DNA of 55,234 bases, the filler included, from Sphacelaria rigidula (taxonomy: Eukaryota): assembly GCA_964200075.2 (NCBI GenBank). It is 6 parts of 6 records of this genome, joined end to end, with 100 filler letters (N's around TTAATTAATTAA, not from the genome) between each part and the next. Parts side by side here need not be neighbours in the genome. Positions count along the whole stretch, not along the records: positions 36,892 to 46,013 come from CAXNAA020009249.1; positions 46,114 to 55,234 come from CAXNAA020009250.1; 4 more parts are not named here. One strand, written 5' to 3'. Every line of letters starts with the position of its first letter. Position 1 is the first letter of the stretch. Shown here piece by piece: positions 37,260 to 48,680 of this stretch. The translations under genes were made by a program, and so were the position numbers. The notes below the pieces were generated by a model that was given only the letters and a program-made list of their open reading frames with translations, was not told where the DNA came from and searched no databases.

Positions 37260-39357
37260 TCAGTCTTCTTGTCGGGACATTATGTTCCGGATCTGTTCGT
37301 CTAGGCTGTGGTCCAGGCGTTTTTCTTGCAGATTCACGTTGAGTATCTTTTTGCCTCGATTTCCTAGATCTTGCTGCTTCCAATTGAGATTCCCTGATAA
37401 CCGTGCTACCCTGTCGGCCACCTCCGACTCCGGCCATCTCGAGATGCCATCTGCTAGCTCGTTTTCGACGCTAGGAGGTATGTGTTTCGCTATGGTACAC
37501 CACCCGGTGGCGACTTTCATGCGACCCATCATTCGCATCAGGACGGCGACGCGTCTGCCTTTCGATCCCCCACAATTATTTACCCAGTGTACAGCCGACG
37601 AGTCGTCGCCGCGCATCAGGATTGGATCCCCTCTGTCTGTGGGTCTCTCGCCCTCATACATTTGGATGGTGCGGGCGGTCGTGAATATTCCACACAATTC
37701 TAGGAGATTGATCGTGATCGTGCAGGTTTCTCTATTTCTTGCTTTTCTCTTCAGTGCGCATGTGAGCTCATGTGGAAAAGAGTACCGCCAGAATAACCCG
37801 AGCTCTGGGCAGTACCATCCTACCGCTGCCAGGCTTGCGTCAGAGATGTACCTACGAGATGCGGTGCGTTTGGTGTGGGTAAAAAACGGGGCGCTAAGCG
37901 ATTCACCGCGTTGCACCAGGTTCTCCTATATAGCCCATTTCGAAAAAGCGACATCGTTGTGAAACTCCCAGCCAAGGTTCACTGGTCGTCTCACCTTACG
38001 TTTCTTTTTTGCGGCTACGTGTAGGTCGGTGAGGCGTAGTAATTGCCATACGAAGTATTTGCCGGGTCTTACCACAAACGTGAGGTTCCATAGTTTTCCA
38101 GCTATGCTAAGTACATCTTGCGCGGTCGCGCGTGTCTTGTCCGCGGGCCAGTCGCGCTCCAGCGATTCTTTAATATCTTCGATATTCTCTCGAGTGACCG
38201 CTATCCTCATGGTGTGCGTGTCGGTTGTGAATCCCAACGCGCCTACGCTGGTGTCCCAGTTTGTATTTGTTTTAGGAGCAAGAACGGGTGTCTCGTCTGG
38301 CTCTCCGGGACCGAACAGTCTGATGTGATCTGAGGCGTGCGAAGCTGAGACGACTAGCGACGATTTATCTTGCGTGCCGTGCTGTACCCTTGCTAGGATG
38401 TAGTCGTCCACGTACACGCTAACGAAAAAGGGGTCGTGTAGTCCCTCCCCGTTTGCTGGGGGAAGAGCAGCGTCGGGCGGGACCTTTGTAGGCGTCTCTT
38501 TTTCCCAGGACTCGACTATGGTAATGTGTTTTATTATCTCTCCACCTTCTTCGAGTATTGCGGCGTTGAGTATTGTGGTAATGCAGAGTGCGTGTTCAGT
38601 GGCCTGTGATAAGAGTCCCCAGTAGCCGGGGGATCCCGTCCATCCAAACGTGAGCCGAGAGTCTGCTACTACAACGTCGTCTACCACGTAACGGCAGTTT
38701 TGCGCCTGGTCGGGCGCGATAATTTCTGAATGCATTCGAGACGTCCGCCTTTGACAGTAGGATTCTGCTATCCGGAAACTTGACGCGTAACTTCAGGATT
38801 TCATTCGGTAGTCTTGGGGTGCCTCTCCGCACAGGCATTGCGGCACCTCGTCTATAATCGTGTCCCGGTTGAGGCCGCCTTTCTCTCCCTTTGGTACGCT
38901 GGGGTCAAACGAAAAGTCGTTGATAATGTTGACTTTGCTAGTTACTACTGCCCCAAGCGGAGCCACTCTGATGCCGCTGATTTCGAGCGCCGCCCCGTTT
39001 TCAAACACCAGACATCTGTTCCTTCGTACATTGTCCTCCAACTTCTCCCACACTGGAGGCATATGTTTTGATACTGCGGTGATTACCGCATTTTAGCGCT
39101 CCTCGAGGATCGGGATCGCGGGACGATGTATTCATTGGGACTCCGCACTCTATCATGTACAGGAGTTCTCGTATCCGAGGGAAGTGTTTTTGGTTTCCAA
39201 AATACTCGTGGATGTCTCTGACGTTGATCGGCGGTGACACCAAAGTGTCTCCGAGCCTCTTTGCTACGTCCCCGATTCTTCCATGGTTTAGTCGGACGAG
39301 ACTCGTGCAGGTGGCGGCTAGGTCTGTGATGATGCGTTTCGTTTCTGTTAGATCCAT
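37260..39357 (-). pseudogene. DIRS-type reverse transcriptase and RNase H (frameshifted)
   Basis: RT: APLGAV, IINDFS, KADVSNAFR, RLTFGWTGSPGYW, VYVDDYIL, LGF. RNase H: SDASLAAVG, INLLEL, GDDSSAVHWV, ENELADGISR. Confidence 0.9.
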
Positions 39358-40099
39358 GTGTGTATTGGAAGGTTCTTGCTGTTGCTGTTTCCCCCGGGTA
39401 TTGAGGTTTTTGCTTGGGTGGTCTGTGTGTACAACTGGGCTTCAGTGGCATGTGGTCCCAACTGGAGGTGAGTTTTTTACCGGCCCGAAATTTCGCCTAT
39501 CGATGGTCTCCTTACTGTCGGGGTTGTTCTTTTTTCTGCTCGCTTCTCACTCGTCAACGTGTGCGAGCTGTTGTCTGGGGCTACCTGTGTGTAACTATGG
39601 GTCAACGGTTTTGCTTCAGTGCACCAGGTGCTGTCTTGAACTCGTGCACGCTTTCCGCTCGTCAACATGGACATACCGTTGTCCAGGGTTCCCTCAGAGT
39701 TGCCAGACAACGGATCTTCTTCCGCACCTCTCTGTTCTTTTGCTCCCCTTATGTTACTGGTTATCGAGTTTGCACGCTTTGCGCTCGTCAACGCAGACGT
39801 GCCGACGTTCAGGGTTCCCTCGGGACTGCGGAACGCCGGGTCTTCTCCTGCACTGGATGTGGTTCGAATTTCACGGGGAGCATGAGTTCTGATATTGTCT
39901 GATCTACGGACGTTCAGGGTTACCTGTGCGTAACTGCCGACCGCCCGCTCTTCATCTGTGCGATGACGGTTGGTTCGAACTCTCTTGCATGCTTTTCGTT
40001 CGTCAACATGGACGTGCCGTTGTCCAGGGTTCCCTCGGAACTGCCAGACAACGGATCTTCTTCTGCACCTCTATGTTCTTTTGCTCTCCTTATGTTACT

Positions 40100-40347
40100 T
40101 GTGAACCTGTCTGCAATCAGGACAAGGTTACAGTGCTGCTCCAGAGGCTTCCTCCCAGTCACGGGCTCCAGAGACTTCAAGACTTCAAGCAGTTATACAA
40201 ACGGCAGTCTTCGTTAACCAGAAGTAAGCTTCACGGCTTTTCCTCATGAACACGATATGTTACGCATCCAATAGTCATCCTCCAAACAATCAATCCAGGA
40301 TCCGCCGCATATCTACATGATGGATACTGTAGGTGGACTACTCTACA
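40100..40347. mobile_element. 248-bp TGT...ACA insertion with 4-bp TSD (probable solo LTR) nested in the DIRS-like element
   Basis: TSD TACT at 40096-40099 and 40348-40351. The empty site ATGTTACTGGTTATCG is preserved in the duplicated copy at ~39751-39766. Confidence 0.8.
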
Positions 40348-41099
40348 TACTGGTTATCGAGTTTGCATGCTTTGCGCTCGTCAACGTAGACGTGCCGTTG
40401 TTCAGGGTTCCCTCGGAACTACGGAACGCCAGGTCTTCTTCTGCACTGGGTGTGGTTCGAATTTCACGGGGAGCAGGAGTTCTGTTATTGTCTGATCTAC
40501 GGACGTTCAGGGTTACCTGTGCGTAACTGCCGACCGCCGGATCTTCTTCTACACGTCTGCTGTCTGTGGGGATGTGCGAAGTGGTTTTGGCGCGGTGTCT
40601 GCGTGTACTGCTACTGTTGTCTTCGTTACTTATGGACGAGCAGACTACCTGATCTTGTTGCTGACTTACCTGTGCACGCTCGTGCATTCCGTTGTACCTC
40701 AGAGTCGACCGGTCACTGCGGCCGTACGGACCGTTGTTCGCGTGTTTGTTGTTTTTCAGATCATTGCGCGGGGCGGTTATCTCATCGAATATTTCATGCG
40801 TGTGAGCTCTACCGCCCAATCCAGTGTACCCTGTCGACATTTGCTTGTTACAGTACGTCTTGGTGGGGTTGGTCATCGACGTTTTTGTCTGGCGTGGGCA
40901 ATGCAGAATGGGACTACGCGATCTACCGCTGTGACATACACTTTAGGGTTGCTACATGCGTCGGTACTTCTGCTTTCACCGTGAAAGAAGCTTGCCGCCA
41001 CCGACCCCGGTGGGGGGGCCTGGGCGATACCCGCCGACTTCGCTGAGTTCGTAACCGGTGCTCCTCCTCCCCCCAGACTGGTAGGCCCCACCGACTGGC

Positions 41100-43088
41100 G
41101 GAGCCCGCACCCTCAGGCGCCCCGCCCAGCTCCGTCATTCCCGCCAAAGTTGTGGGAAAACCGCGCCACTGTACTCGCTGCGGCCGTCGGTGCCGCTGGT
41201 GCTGGCGGTTTTGCCGTCACCGCCGTCGGGGCTGTTGGAGTTATCTTGACCGTCGCTGGCGGTTGGAGGGGCGGGCCTCCGACGGCTTTGCGCTGGCTGG
41301 TGTGGTCCGGGAGGCGGCAGCCGCGCCCCCGTGGGCACGTACGGCCCTGCCATGCTCGTAAGCAGACGCCCGCCGGCGGGGCCCATGACGCCAGTTCCGT
41401 GTTGGAATCGGTGATTGGTGGGGTGAGGTGTAGCCACTAGGGCGGGTACGACGGAGGGTTGGGGCGACTCTTTATACCGCGTAGCTCGTGCCTCTGTCGG
41501 GGATCGCCTTCCGCTTAACGGCTGTTTTGGAGGCGGGCTGCGCGGGTGAGCCTGCTACCGTGAGGCCGGGGTTCTGGCGTCCAATGAGGCTGCTGGGTGA
41601 CCGTCAGCGGTGAGCGTCTTGACGCGGGTGAACGCTGGTACCGGCGCCGCGGGTCCCTGCCCGTTGGTCGGTGGGGTGGCGGGTGACTCCATGCGCAGAT
41701 TCAGCCCGGCGTCCCTGCAGTGTGTAAACCACCCCTTGACGTCGTGATTGAAGTCGGTAATTATACGGCTTTTTACGGCTGCCTCGCCTCTATGTAGAGC
41801 GGCGTAGTTTTTCCCGGTGTACGCATCCAGCGCCGACGTCATCCTCGTCAGCTCCCCTGTGATGAAAGCTCTCCTCTCCCACCCGCCGTCGTTTTCGTTG
41901 GTGCCGAAGTTGATGATGATGGCCAGCGCCTTGGTGAAAGTGGTGACGTGAACCTCGGCGCGGAAGTAATGTTTTTGTTATGCCAGGGGGCACCGCGGAG
42001 TGAAAGTTGGCGACGTCTACATCGGTTAACGTTTGAAGGCTGATGAGCATGTCGCGGTTGGTGTCTGCCACATCGCGGATTTTATACTTTAGGTTTGCAT
42101 CGGACATGAGAATGGAAATGGAGACCCCGCCGCTGAGAATGTGGAAGCGTGCCTTATTTTCGTCCGAGAGCCAGCTGTCGATCTCCCGCTTCTCCTGCAT
42201 TTCTTCGGCCTATTTTGTACTGGCGGGGGCGGTGTTGGCCGCTCCCATTGCATGAATGAGTTGTTGGCTCTGTACCCCTCCCCCACCATTGAGAAGCTGG
42301 AGGAGTTGGACCTGGGATTGCGACTGTGCTTGGTAGTATTGCTGTGGTTGATGTTGTTGGTGTTGTTGGTGTTGTTGTACGTGGTGCTGGTCCGGCTGCG
42401 GTTGTTGATAGTACTGCTGCGGCTGCGGCTGTTGGTGTTGCTGGTGCTGCTGAGGCTGATGATGTTGCTGCTGCTGTTGCGGTTGTTGATGATGGTGATG
42501 TGGCTGCAGCTGTTAGTGTTGGTGATGCGGTAGCGGCCCTCCGATGGGTGGCGGAAGTGGGGCGCTAGGTGCGAGTAGGGAGAGCCCGTTTGCTCTTCCT
42601 CGCTGGCTGACGGTCGGCCCCGCCTTGCGGTTGTGGTTGTCCGTACTGGAGAAGATGTACCTGCTGCTGAAGGGTCGATACCGCTTGGCTCTGCTGCTGC
42701 TGTCTTTGTAGGTTTTGCTGGTGTTGCTGTTCCACGTTGATGTTCGTTTTTACATGTGCCTGCATGGTTTGAGCCAGAATATCTGACGGCTGGCTTGGGC
42801 CAGGGGGGGTCCGAGCGGGGGTGGTGGGGGTGCTGGTGCGTCAGTGTTTGGCTGTCCTGCACTACCCCGCGGGCCAGCGTGCTGGTTGGCGGATATCGGG
42901 TTGATGTGCGCGCTTCCGGCTTGTGGTGCCGGAACTCGACCTGGTTCCCCTCCTGCAACCCTCCACCCTTTTGCTCCTGCCGTTGCTCGAGCTCCTGATG
43001 TGCCCCTGTACTGGTGTTGGCCTTGGCCCTGCGGAGCTGCTCCTGCTCCTGCTGCTGCTACTGTTCTCGATGCTGGTGTGTCGTCCAT
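41100..43088 (-). pseudogene. Gag-like ORF1 of the DIRS-like element (Q/H/P-rich N-terminal half)
   Basis: Begins MDDTPASR..., includes a polyQ/H-rich tract (~42320-42530) and a globular part (EKREIDSWLSDENKARF...; MTSALDAYTGKNY...WFTHC). Broken by stops and frameshifts. Assigned by position, not by motif. Confidence 0.55.
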
Positions 43089-43799
43089 TATAAATATCGG
43101 TCAAGTGCCAGGAACTACTGTACTACTGAGACTGCTGGCGTGTCGCTGTCTGGTCAACTGGTCTCGAGTGATACTGTCTGCTTCTTTGGTGCTCTTGCAC
43201 TAGACCAGTCTCGCCCGCTTGAACAAAATCTGCGGCGTTGGCGCCTTGGCCACACGAGCCCTTATATTTTATAGATTTCTCTGCTTCGCATCACACTTCC
43301 ATTTTTCTCATCCTTTCTTACATTGGAATGGAATGGAAAAGGGACAGAAGAGACAGACGCCCCCAATGAAGAAGAGCAAGAACGGCATACGAGTGATGCT
43401 ATGATAGGGTTGCACTTTTTGAGCGAAAATGTTCCTCGGGGTGTTGCACGGATAATTTCGAAAATCGGCATCATTTTCACTTGAAAAATACTGAAAATGA
43501 TACCGATTCACGAAAAGGCCCCTGTGTGCATCTCCATGTCCTGTCCCCGGAGATTTGGGTCGCACAGTAAACCTCATATATTTCGGCTCCTACAAAAAGG
43601 AGACCCAGAAACAAAAAGTGCAACCCCTATCGTAGCATCACTCATACAAGCAGAAGGAGGGACGGAAAGAAAGTAAGGGCCATAGATTGACGATGACAAT
43701 TCTTTCCCGCATCGCACCACGCAAATTCCAGACATTATTGTTTTAGTCCAAGTGACGTCCTTCCTCGTGCGCAAGGGCGCGCAGGAAGGCGGAGCTGAG

Positions 43800-44990
43800 A
43801 CCGGAGTCATCGCTCGACAAGTTCCCGCTAGGTTCTCCCGATCTATCCCTGGCCACTACTAGTAGATCCGTCTTGACGTACACGTACACCACCTTTCTCC
43901 CGGAATGCCAGTGGGCATCGAACGAGACAGACGCGCTAGTGCCACCCCCAGTAGTGCAATCGTATTTGAGCCATTTCCCCTGCAAACGGAACTGCGTGAC
44001 GTATCGGGCGCCCACCCAGATGAGGTACACTACCGGGACCAAGGAGTACTCTACGCCTAAAGAGAGAGCCTCGGACGCGTCGGAATGAAACGCCAACGAC
44101 TGCGTCGACGGCAGCCGTACTCGACGAAATAAATGGACAGTCGGGGGCGTTGATAGCCGAGAAAGGCAGGAAATTCCATAAAGACATATCCGATGGAATG
44201 ATCCCGCATGAAGGACAAACCCCCGCCATGGGGTATGAAAAGTCAAGACAAGTACCCCCCAGAAATAAATCAACCACGGCGGCCTGCACAGTTCTACTAT
44301 TTTCGTCAGGAACCATGAAGGCAGCTGGGTTACGTAAAGCCGCAGATTGCTCGGGCGTTATCGTCCGCAGGCTGTGGCCGTCTACGGAGCAAGTAATGTG
44401 GCGCCTCCAGGAGATCCCTACAGATTCACGCGTGAGCAAAACCAGTTGGAGGTTGCTGGCGCGTGTCCGGCCAGTTCGCTGGCACGTGAGGCTTGCGTCT
44501 TTGGCAAATGGCTTCGACACTTTCTGCGATAGCCCCCCCCCCCCCAAAGTGCATGGCTTTGGGAGGAAAAATCTTCACGTAAATTGAAATGGGAAGAGCC
44601 GAGCACAACGAGCAGCTGAGGATTCCCACGCTTGGGCTCGTTCTCACCAATGTTGCCAATATGAGGCGCTTCATGCAGTCTGAGCCCAAACATCAGGCGC
44701 TGTATGGCCATTTTTTCGTGACACTTTTGGGCTGGTTTTGGGGGGGGGGGGGGGGGTTCGGAAAAGGGGTGCGTCAAACCNNNNNNNNNNTTCCCTTTTT
44801 GGTTTGTGTGGTTTTTTTTTTTTTTTATTTTTTGTGGTGTGGGGGGGGGGGGGGGGGGGGTATCGTAAAAGGTGTCCTTCAAACACGCTCGCCGTGTCGC
44901 CCATTTGATCACCGCTTCCGGGTAAACCGCCATCTGACATGACAAAGTCGCGCGCTTCCGCTAGCTTCACTTGGTGAAGGTTAGTAGTCA
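43800..44990 (-). pseudogene. Possible decayed USP (peptidase C19)-like gene, interrupted by a MITE
   Basis: Motifs in order across frames: GDQMGDTASVFEAI (Q-D box-like, readable after removing the MITE), ITCSVDGH ... CPSCG (finger-like), VEYSLVPVVY...GARYVT...GKWLKYD...VYVYVK (His-box-like, with R at the catalytic His position). No Cys box seen. Confidence 0.35.
44516..44876 (+). mobile_element. MITE, GACAC-TIR family, with 4-bp TSD CTTC
   Basis: GACACTTTCTGCGATAGCCCC ... GGGGTATCGTAAAAGGTGTC. CTTC at 44512-44515 and 44877-44880. Contains a small N gap. Confidence 0.85.
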
Positions 44991-45510
44991 TTTGGGAGAG
45001 TTGGACGATGAAAGAGAGCTACCTAGCCGAATCAATGCCAGGGTGATTGGATTCAGGAAGTGCGATGTAGTGAAAAATCTACCTGGCCAGTCAGAAACGA
45101 AGGATTCGTCTGGTCGGTCAGAATAGAACCGCAGAATTGCAGAAGGTCATCTACAGAAGGCCTTTGGTACACCTTTCCTAGCTCCGTTGCCTCTTAAGGG
45201 CCAAGCACCTTTGATCCATCGACTCTTTGGGGCTCTGAGGGCGTGTCTTGGCACTTTTTTATTCGATCGAAAAATTGCGGTTGATTTTGTTTTTACCGAT
45301 CTCATAGGCCCACCGAATTAATGTTCTTTGAACGCTCCAACTCAAAATTATAATTAGCGGTGCGCGGAGAAGAATGCAACGAGGTAGAAAACAATCGTTT
45401 GCGATCGAAAACATGCGGTCGAAAGGCACGAAGCGGCACTTGACTTCTATCTTACATATAGGCTTTTACTTGTTATGCTAGTAAGGTCTCTTTTTTTTGC
45501 TAGTAATAGA

Positions 45511-45707
45511 GAGTTTAGGAAAACGCTCTTTTTCATTTCAGAGTGCAAATATCTCAGGAGCAGAGCGCAAAATAATAAATAAAAACTCATCGAAAAGAAG
45601 TCAAGAGGATACCACATTTGACGGAGGGGGAAATAATTTTCCGTTACACTTTGATCCTGGAATATTTGCACTCTGAAATGACAAAAAAGGGTTTTCCGAA
45701 ACACTCT
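45511..45707. mobile_element. MITE with ~50-bp TIRs
   Basis: GAGTTTAGGAAAAC...TCATTTCAGAGTGCAAATATCTCAGGA is inverted relative to TCCTGGAATATTTGCACTCTGAAATGA...GTTTTCCGAAACACTC. Confidence 0.7.
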
Positions 45708-46693
45708 CATATCACCAAAAATAATGCTCGTAAAATGGAATTTATGCTTGGTTTATGCTTGCATTTTCAAACAAATTATGCTCGATTTATGCTCGCAACG
45801 TGGAATTTATGCTTGATTATGCTCGTAATATCCAACAAGGATGGCATTCTCGACCGGATACCGACCCACCGATCCCTATATGCATGTCATATATATATAA
45901 ATACGAAGAACCATGGTACGATCATGATTGTTATATATATATATACGAAGAGCCATGCTACGATAGGGGGGGGGGGGGGCGTACATATTTGTTGGTGTCC
46001 TTAGTGATTTGAANNNNNNNNNNNNNNNNNNNNNNNNNNNNNNNNNNNNNNNNNNNNTTAATTAATTAANNNNNNNNNNNNNNNNNNNNNNNNNNNNNNN
46101 NNNNNNNNNNNNNATCTGACTCGAAGTTTCGAGCAACAAATGGCCCAAAATACCCCCCCCCCTATCGTAGGATGACTCATTGGAAGATCCGCACGTATAC
46201 TTCGCCATTTGGGCAAGGACGGGGGGTGGAGAAACCGAGAAAGAGCGCGGTTACACAGCAGTACGATCACCCAGCACAGACACGTGCATGCCTACTCAAG
46301 GGTCTCACGCACGACTGGGGGAGCAGCGGTACGGATGGGCCGTCCCGGACTTCCTTTCGTCAACTTTTTAACCCAATCTCAAAGCCTCTATATTTACACG
46401 TGTCAGCGAGAGAAGTCGAACACGCATCCTGTCGTCTTCAACAATCTCCCATACAACATCATCGAATTTCATCAAGCCAAAACCAAGGAGAAATATGATT
46501 TATAGTGAACGGTACAAACAACAGCAGCACTTGGGTTCAGTCGAATCGATGCGGCCTAATGCTCCACCCAGCAATGTCAAGGTTGAGGAGCCTACTCGAA
46601 ACAAGGATTCCCAACATGCATCACGACGCGGTGCCGAGTTAATGCACGTACTCGTAGTAGTATAAATGAAGTACGGTTCCGCCTACGTGGATC

Positions 46694-46850
46694 ATGACCT
46701 CATCTACATATAGTATGACCCCATCTACATATAGTATGACCCCATCTACATATAGTATGACCCCATCTACATATATTGTACTATGACCACTTCTACATAT
46801 ATTGGGAACCTATTTACATAGGATAAGACCTCGTTCACATAAAATGACCA
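46694..46850 (+). repeat. 21-bp minisatellite ATGACCCCATCTACATATAGT
   Basis: Near-perfect units start at 46694, 46715, 46736 and 46757, followed by degenerate units. Confidence 0.9.
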
Positions 46851-47305
46851 TATGTACTGTACACAAACGTACAACGACTGTGGACCTCGGAGAATGCGGC
46901 ACTTTCCCCCCGCAAGGCCCGATCGTCCTTGACTTTCAACTGGTGCGGGAAATGAGTTTTTCGAGGAAAGCATAGTAAGATTTATTGTTATGATCTCCCA
47001 TCGAGGTGGTTCAGTGCTTGTTTGTCAAAGCCTGTCGTCCAAGCTTTGGGCGGCATCCTCATCCTTCACCTCCGCACGATGCTTTCCTCCTCGGCTGCCT
47101 CCCTTTACAAGCACGCCTCCTCCGGCGCAGTCGTCTTTTTCGTTTTTGAATGCCACGGCAAGAATCTAAGCAACTTCTTGACAACCAACGGCGTAGGAGG
47201 CGAGACGTGGGATTCAACACACACAAACACCAGGATGCTTGCATACTGGACAAAGTGATCACATGCACAGATGCGACCACACGTGCACATACAAGACCGA
47301 ACTTT

Positions 47306-47678
47306 TCAGATCACTGACAATTCAGGGCAACCGTTGGCGATGCACCACTTGAGCATCTCCCCCTTGTTTTCCTTTTTCTTCGCGGCATGTCGGTAGGTCT
47401 GTCTATCCCAAGGACAACCGTTAGCCCTGCACCACTGCAGTACATCCAGATGCCCCCCCTTTGCCGCTCCCGCACAGGTATTCTCGTCCCAAGGACAGCC
47501 GTTGGCTCTGCACCACCGCAACACATCCAGATGCCCCCATCTTGCGGCCCACGTACACGTCCATGCGTTCCACGGGCAGCCGTTGGCCCTGCACCATTTT
47601 AAAGCGTGCAGCTTCCCCGCTTCCGCTGCTGCTGTGCACGTCATCGAGTCCCAAGGGCAGTTGTTCTCGCGACAGTAC
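47306..47678 (-). CDS. Ankyrin-like (WCRANGCPW) repeat protein, exon 2 (terminal)
   Basis: Acceptor GCGCAG|G TAC completes Arg with the phase-2 donor of exon 1. Encodes YCRENNCPW...WCRANGCPW x3...WCIANGCPELSVI*. Confidence 0.88.
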
Positions 47679-48168
47679 CTGCGCACGCGAGTACGCTATT
47701 TCAAAAGTTGACGACGTGTCCGACCTCCTGACAGTGCAATTGTACGTGGAGCTTACTCTGATGGAGCAACAGGAAACACTACAGTGCCCGTTCAGAAGAC
47801 CAAGTTATCTGCCCTTATGCCGACGTGCATGCTTGATGCCCCACCACACTACATGTTCACTAGCCCCTGCCGTAGCTGCTGGCCAGACAAGCCACCATCA
47901 TACAGGCTGGAAGGCGTCAACGGTCGCTCGGAAGCAACCGCCAGGCGTACATGTACCTTTCTTTCAACCTATGAATGCTGAGAATTATCGTGGTGTCTTT
48001 GCTGTTTCATTGAATCGTTTGACTCACGAAACAGCGACATACTTGGCTAGAATAACAACCGTTACTAAGGAAAGACTTCTTACGCAAACCGCACGGGTTT
48101 AATGCTGTGAGTCGTTCGCTCTCTGAGAAGTGCAAGTCAATGATGAAGAGAAAATACCGGCACATTAC

Positions 48169-48680
48169 CTCAGCACATCAAGATGCCCGTTCCTCGCCGC
48201 ATTGCGACATGACCACGTGTCCCACTCGCATCCGTTAGCCCTGCACCACTTAAGCATCTCCAAATGACCCCCGTCAGCCGCGGTTGCGCAAGTCGACGCA
48301 CCCCAAGGACACCCGTTCGCCCTGCACCACTGTAGCACCTCGAGATGCCCGCTCGCCGCGGCGCTGTTGCATACCTCAAGAGTCCAAGGACACCCGCTCG
48401 ATTTGGCCCAAGCCAAACGTGCAGTGGACTGAACGACGGCGGTCAGCGCCGTATGTCTCGATATCCCATGGTTGTACTCCCACGCGGTCTGCCACAGTTT
48501 GGATACGCCGGCTACAAAGAGATACCCATCGCCGCTGGCGAAGGGGATAATGTGTCCAACGATGTCGACGTGATCTAGGAGGGGATTAGCCCGAGGGAGT
48601 GGTTGTAGCGTCGAGTCGAGCGACAGTGTGACGACGCTGTGGACCAAGTTGTCGGGGATGGTACGCTCGGTCTGAGTCAT
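48169..48680 (-). CDS. Ankyrin-like repeat protein, exon 1 (F-box-like N-terminus); spliced product 294 aa
   Basis: ATG at 48680. LLDHVDIVGHIIPF...YLFVAGVSKLW (F-box-like) is followed by 27-aa repeats AAxxGHLEVLQWCRANGCPW. Donor AG|GTAATG; 490-bp intron 47679-48168; 512+373=885 nt. Confidence 0.88.

Larger units (their letters stand above)
36945..43090 (-). mobile_element. Decayed tyrosine-recombinase retrotransposon (DIRS order, DIRS/Ngaro-like): gag-like ORF1, RT/RNase H and truncated YR
   Basis: Same-strand order ORF1 (~43088-41100), RT-RH (~39357-37260) and YR N-terminus (~37250-36945), with diagnostic motifs listed in the sub-features. Multiple stops and frameshifts; termini not identified. 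Confidence 0.85.

Noticed and set aside
42141..42533. Leu/Val-rich + strand ORF resembling a membrane protein
   Set aside because: It is the antisense shadow of the Q/H-rich tract in the DIRS ORF1.
46694..46850. CRISPR-like array
   Set aside because: The 21-bp units are head-to-tail with no unique spacers, there are no cas genes and the context is eukaryotic. It is a minisatellite.
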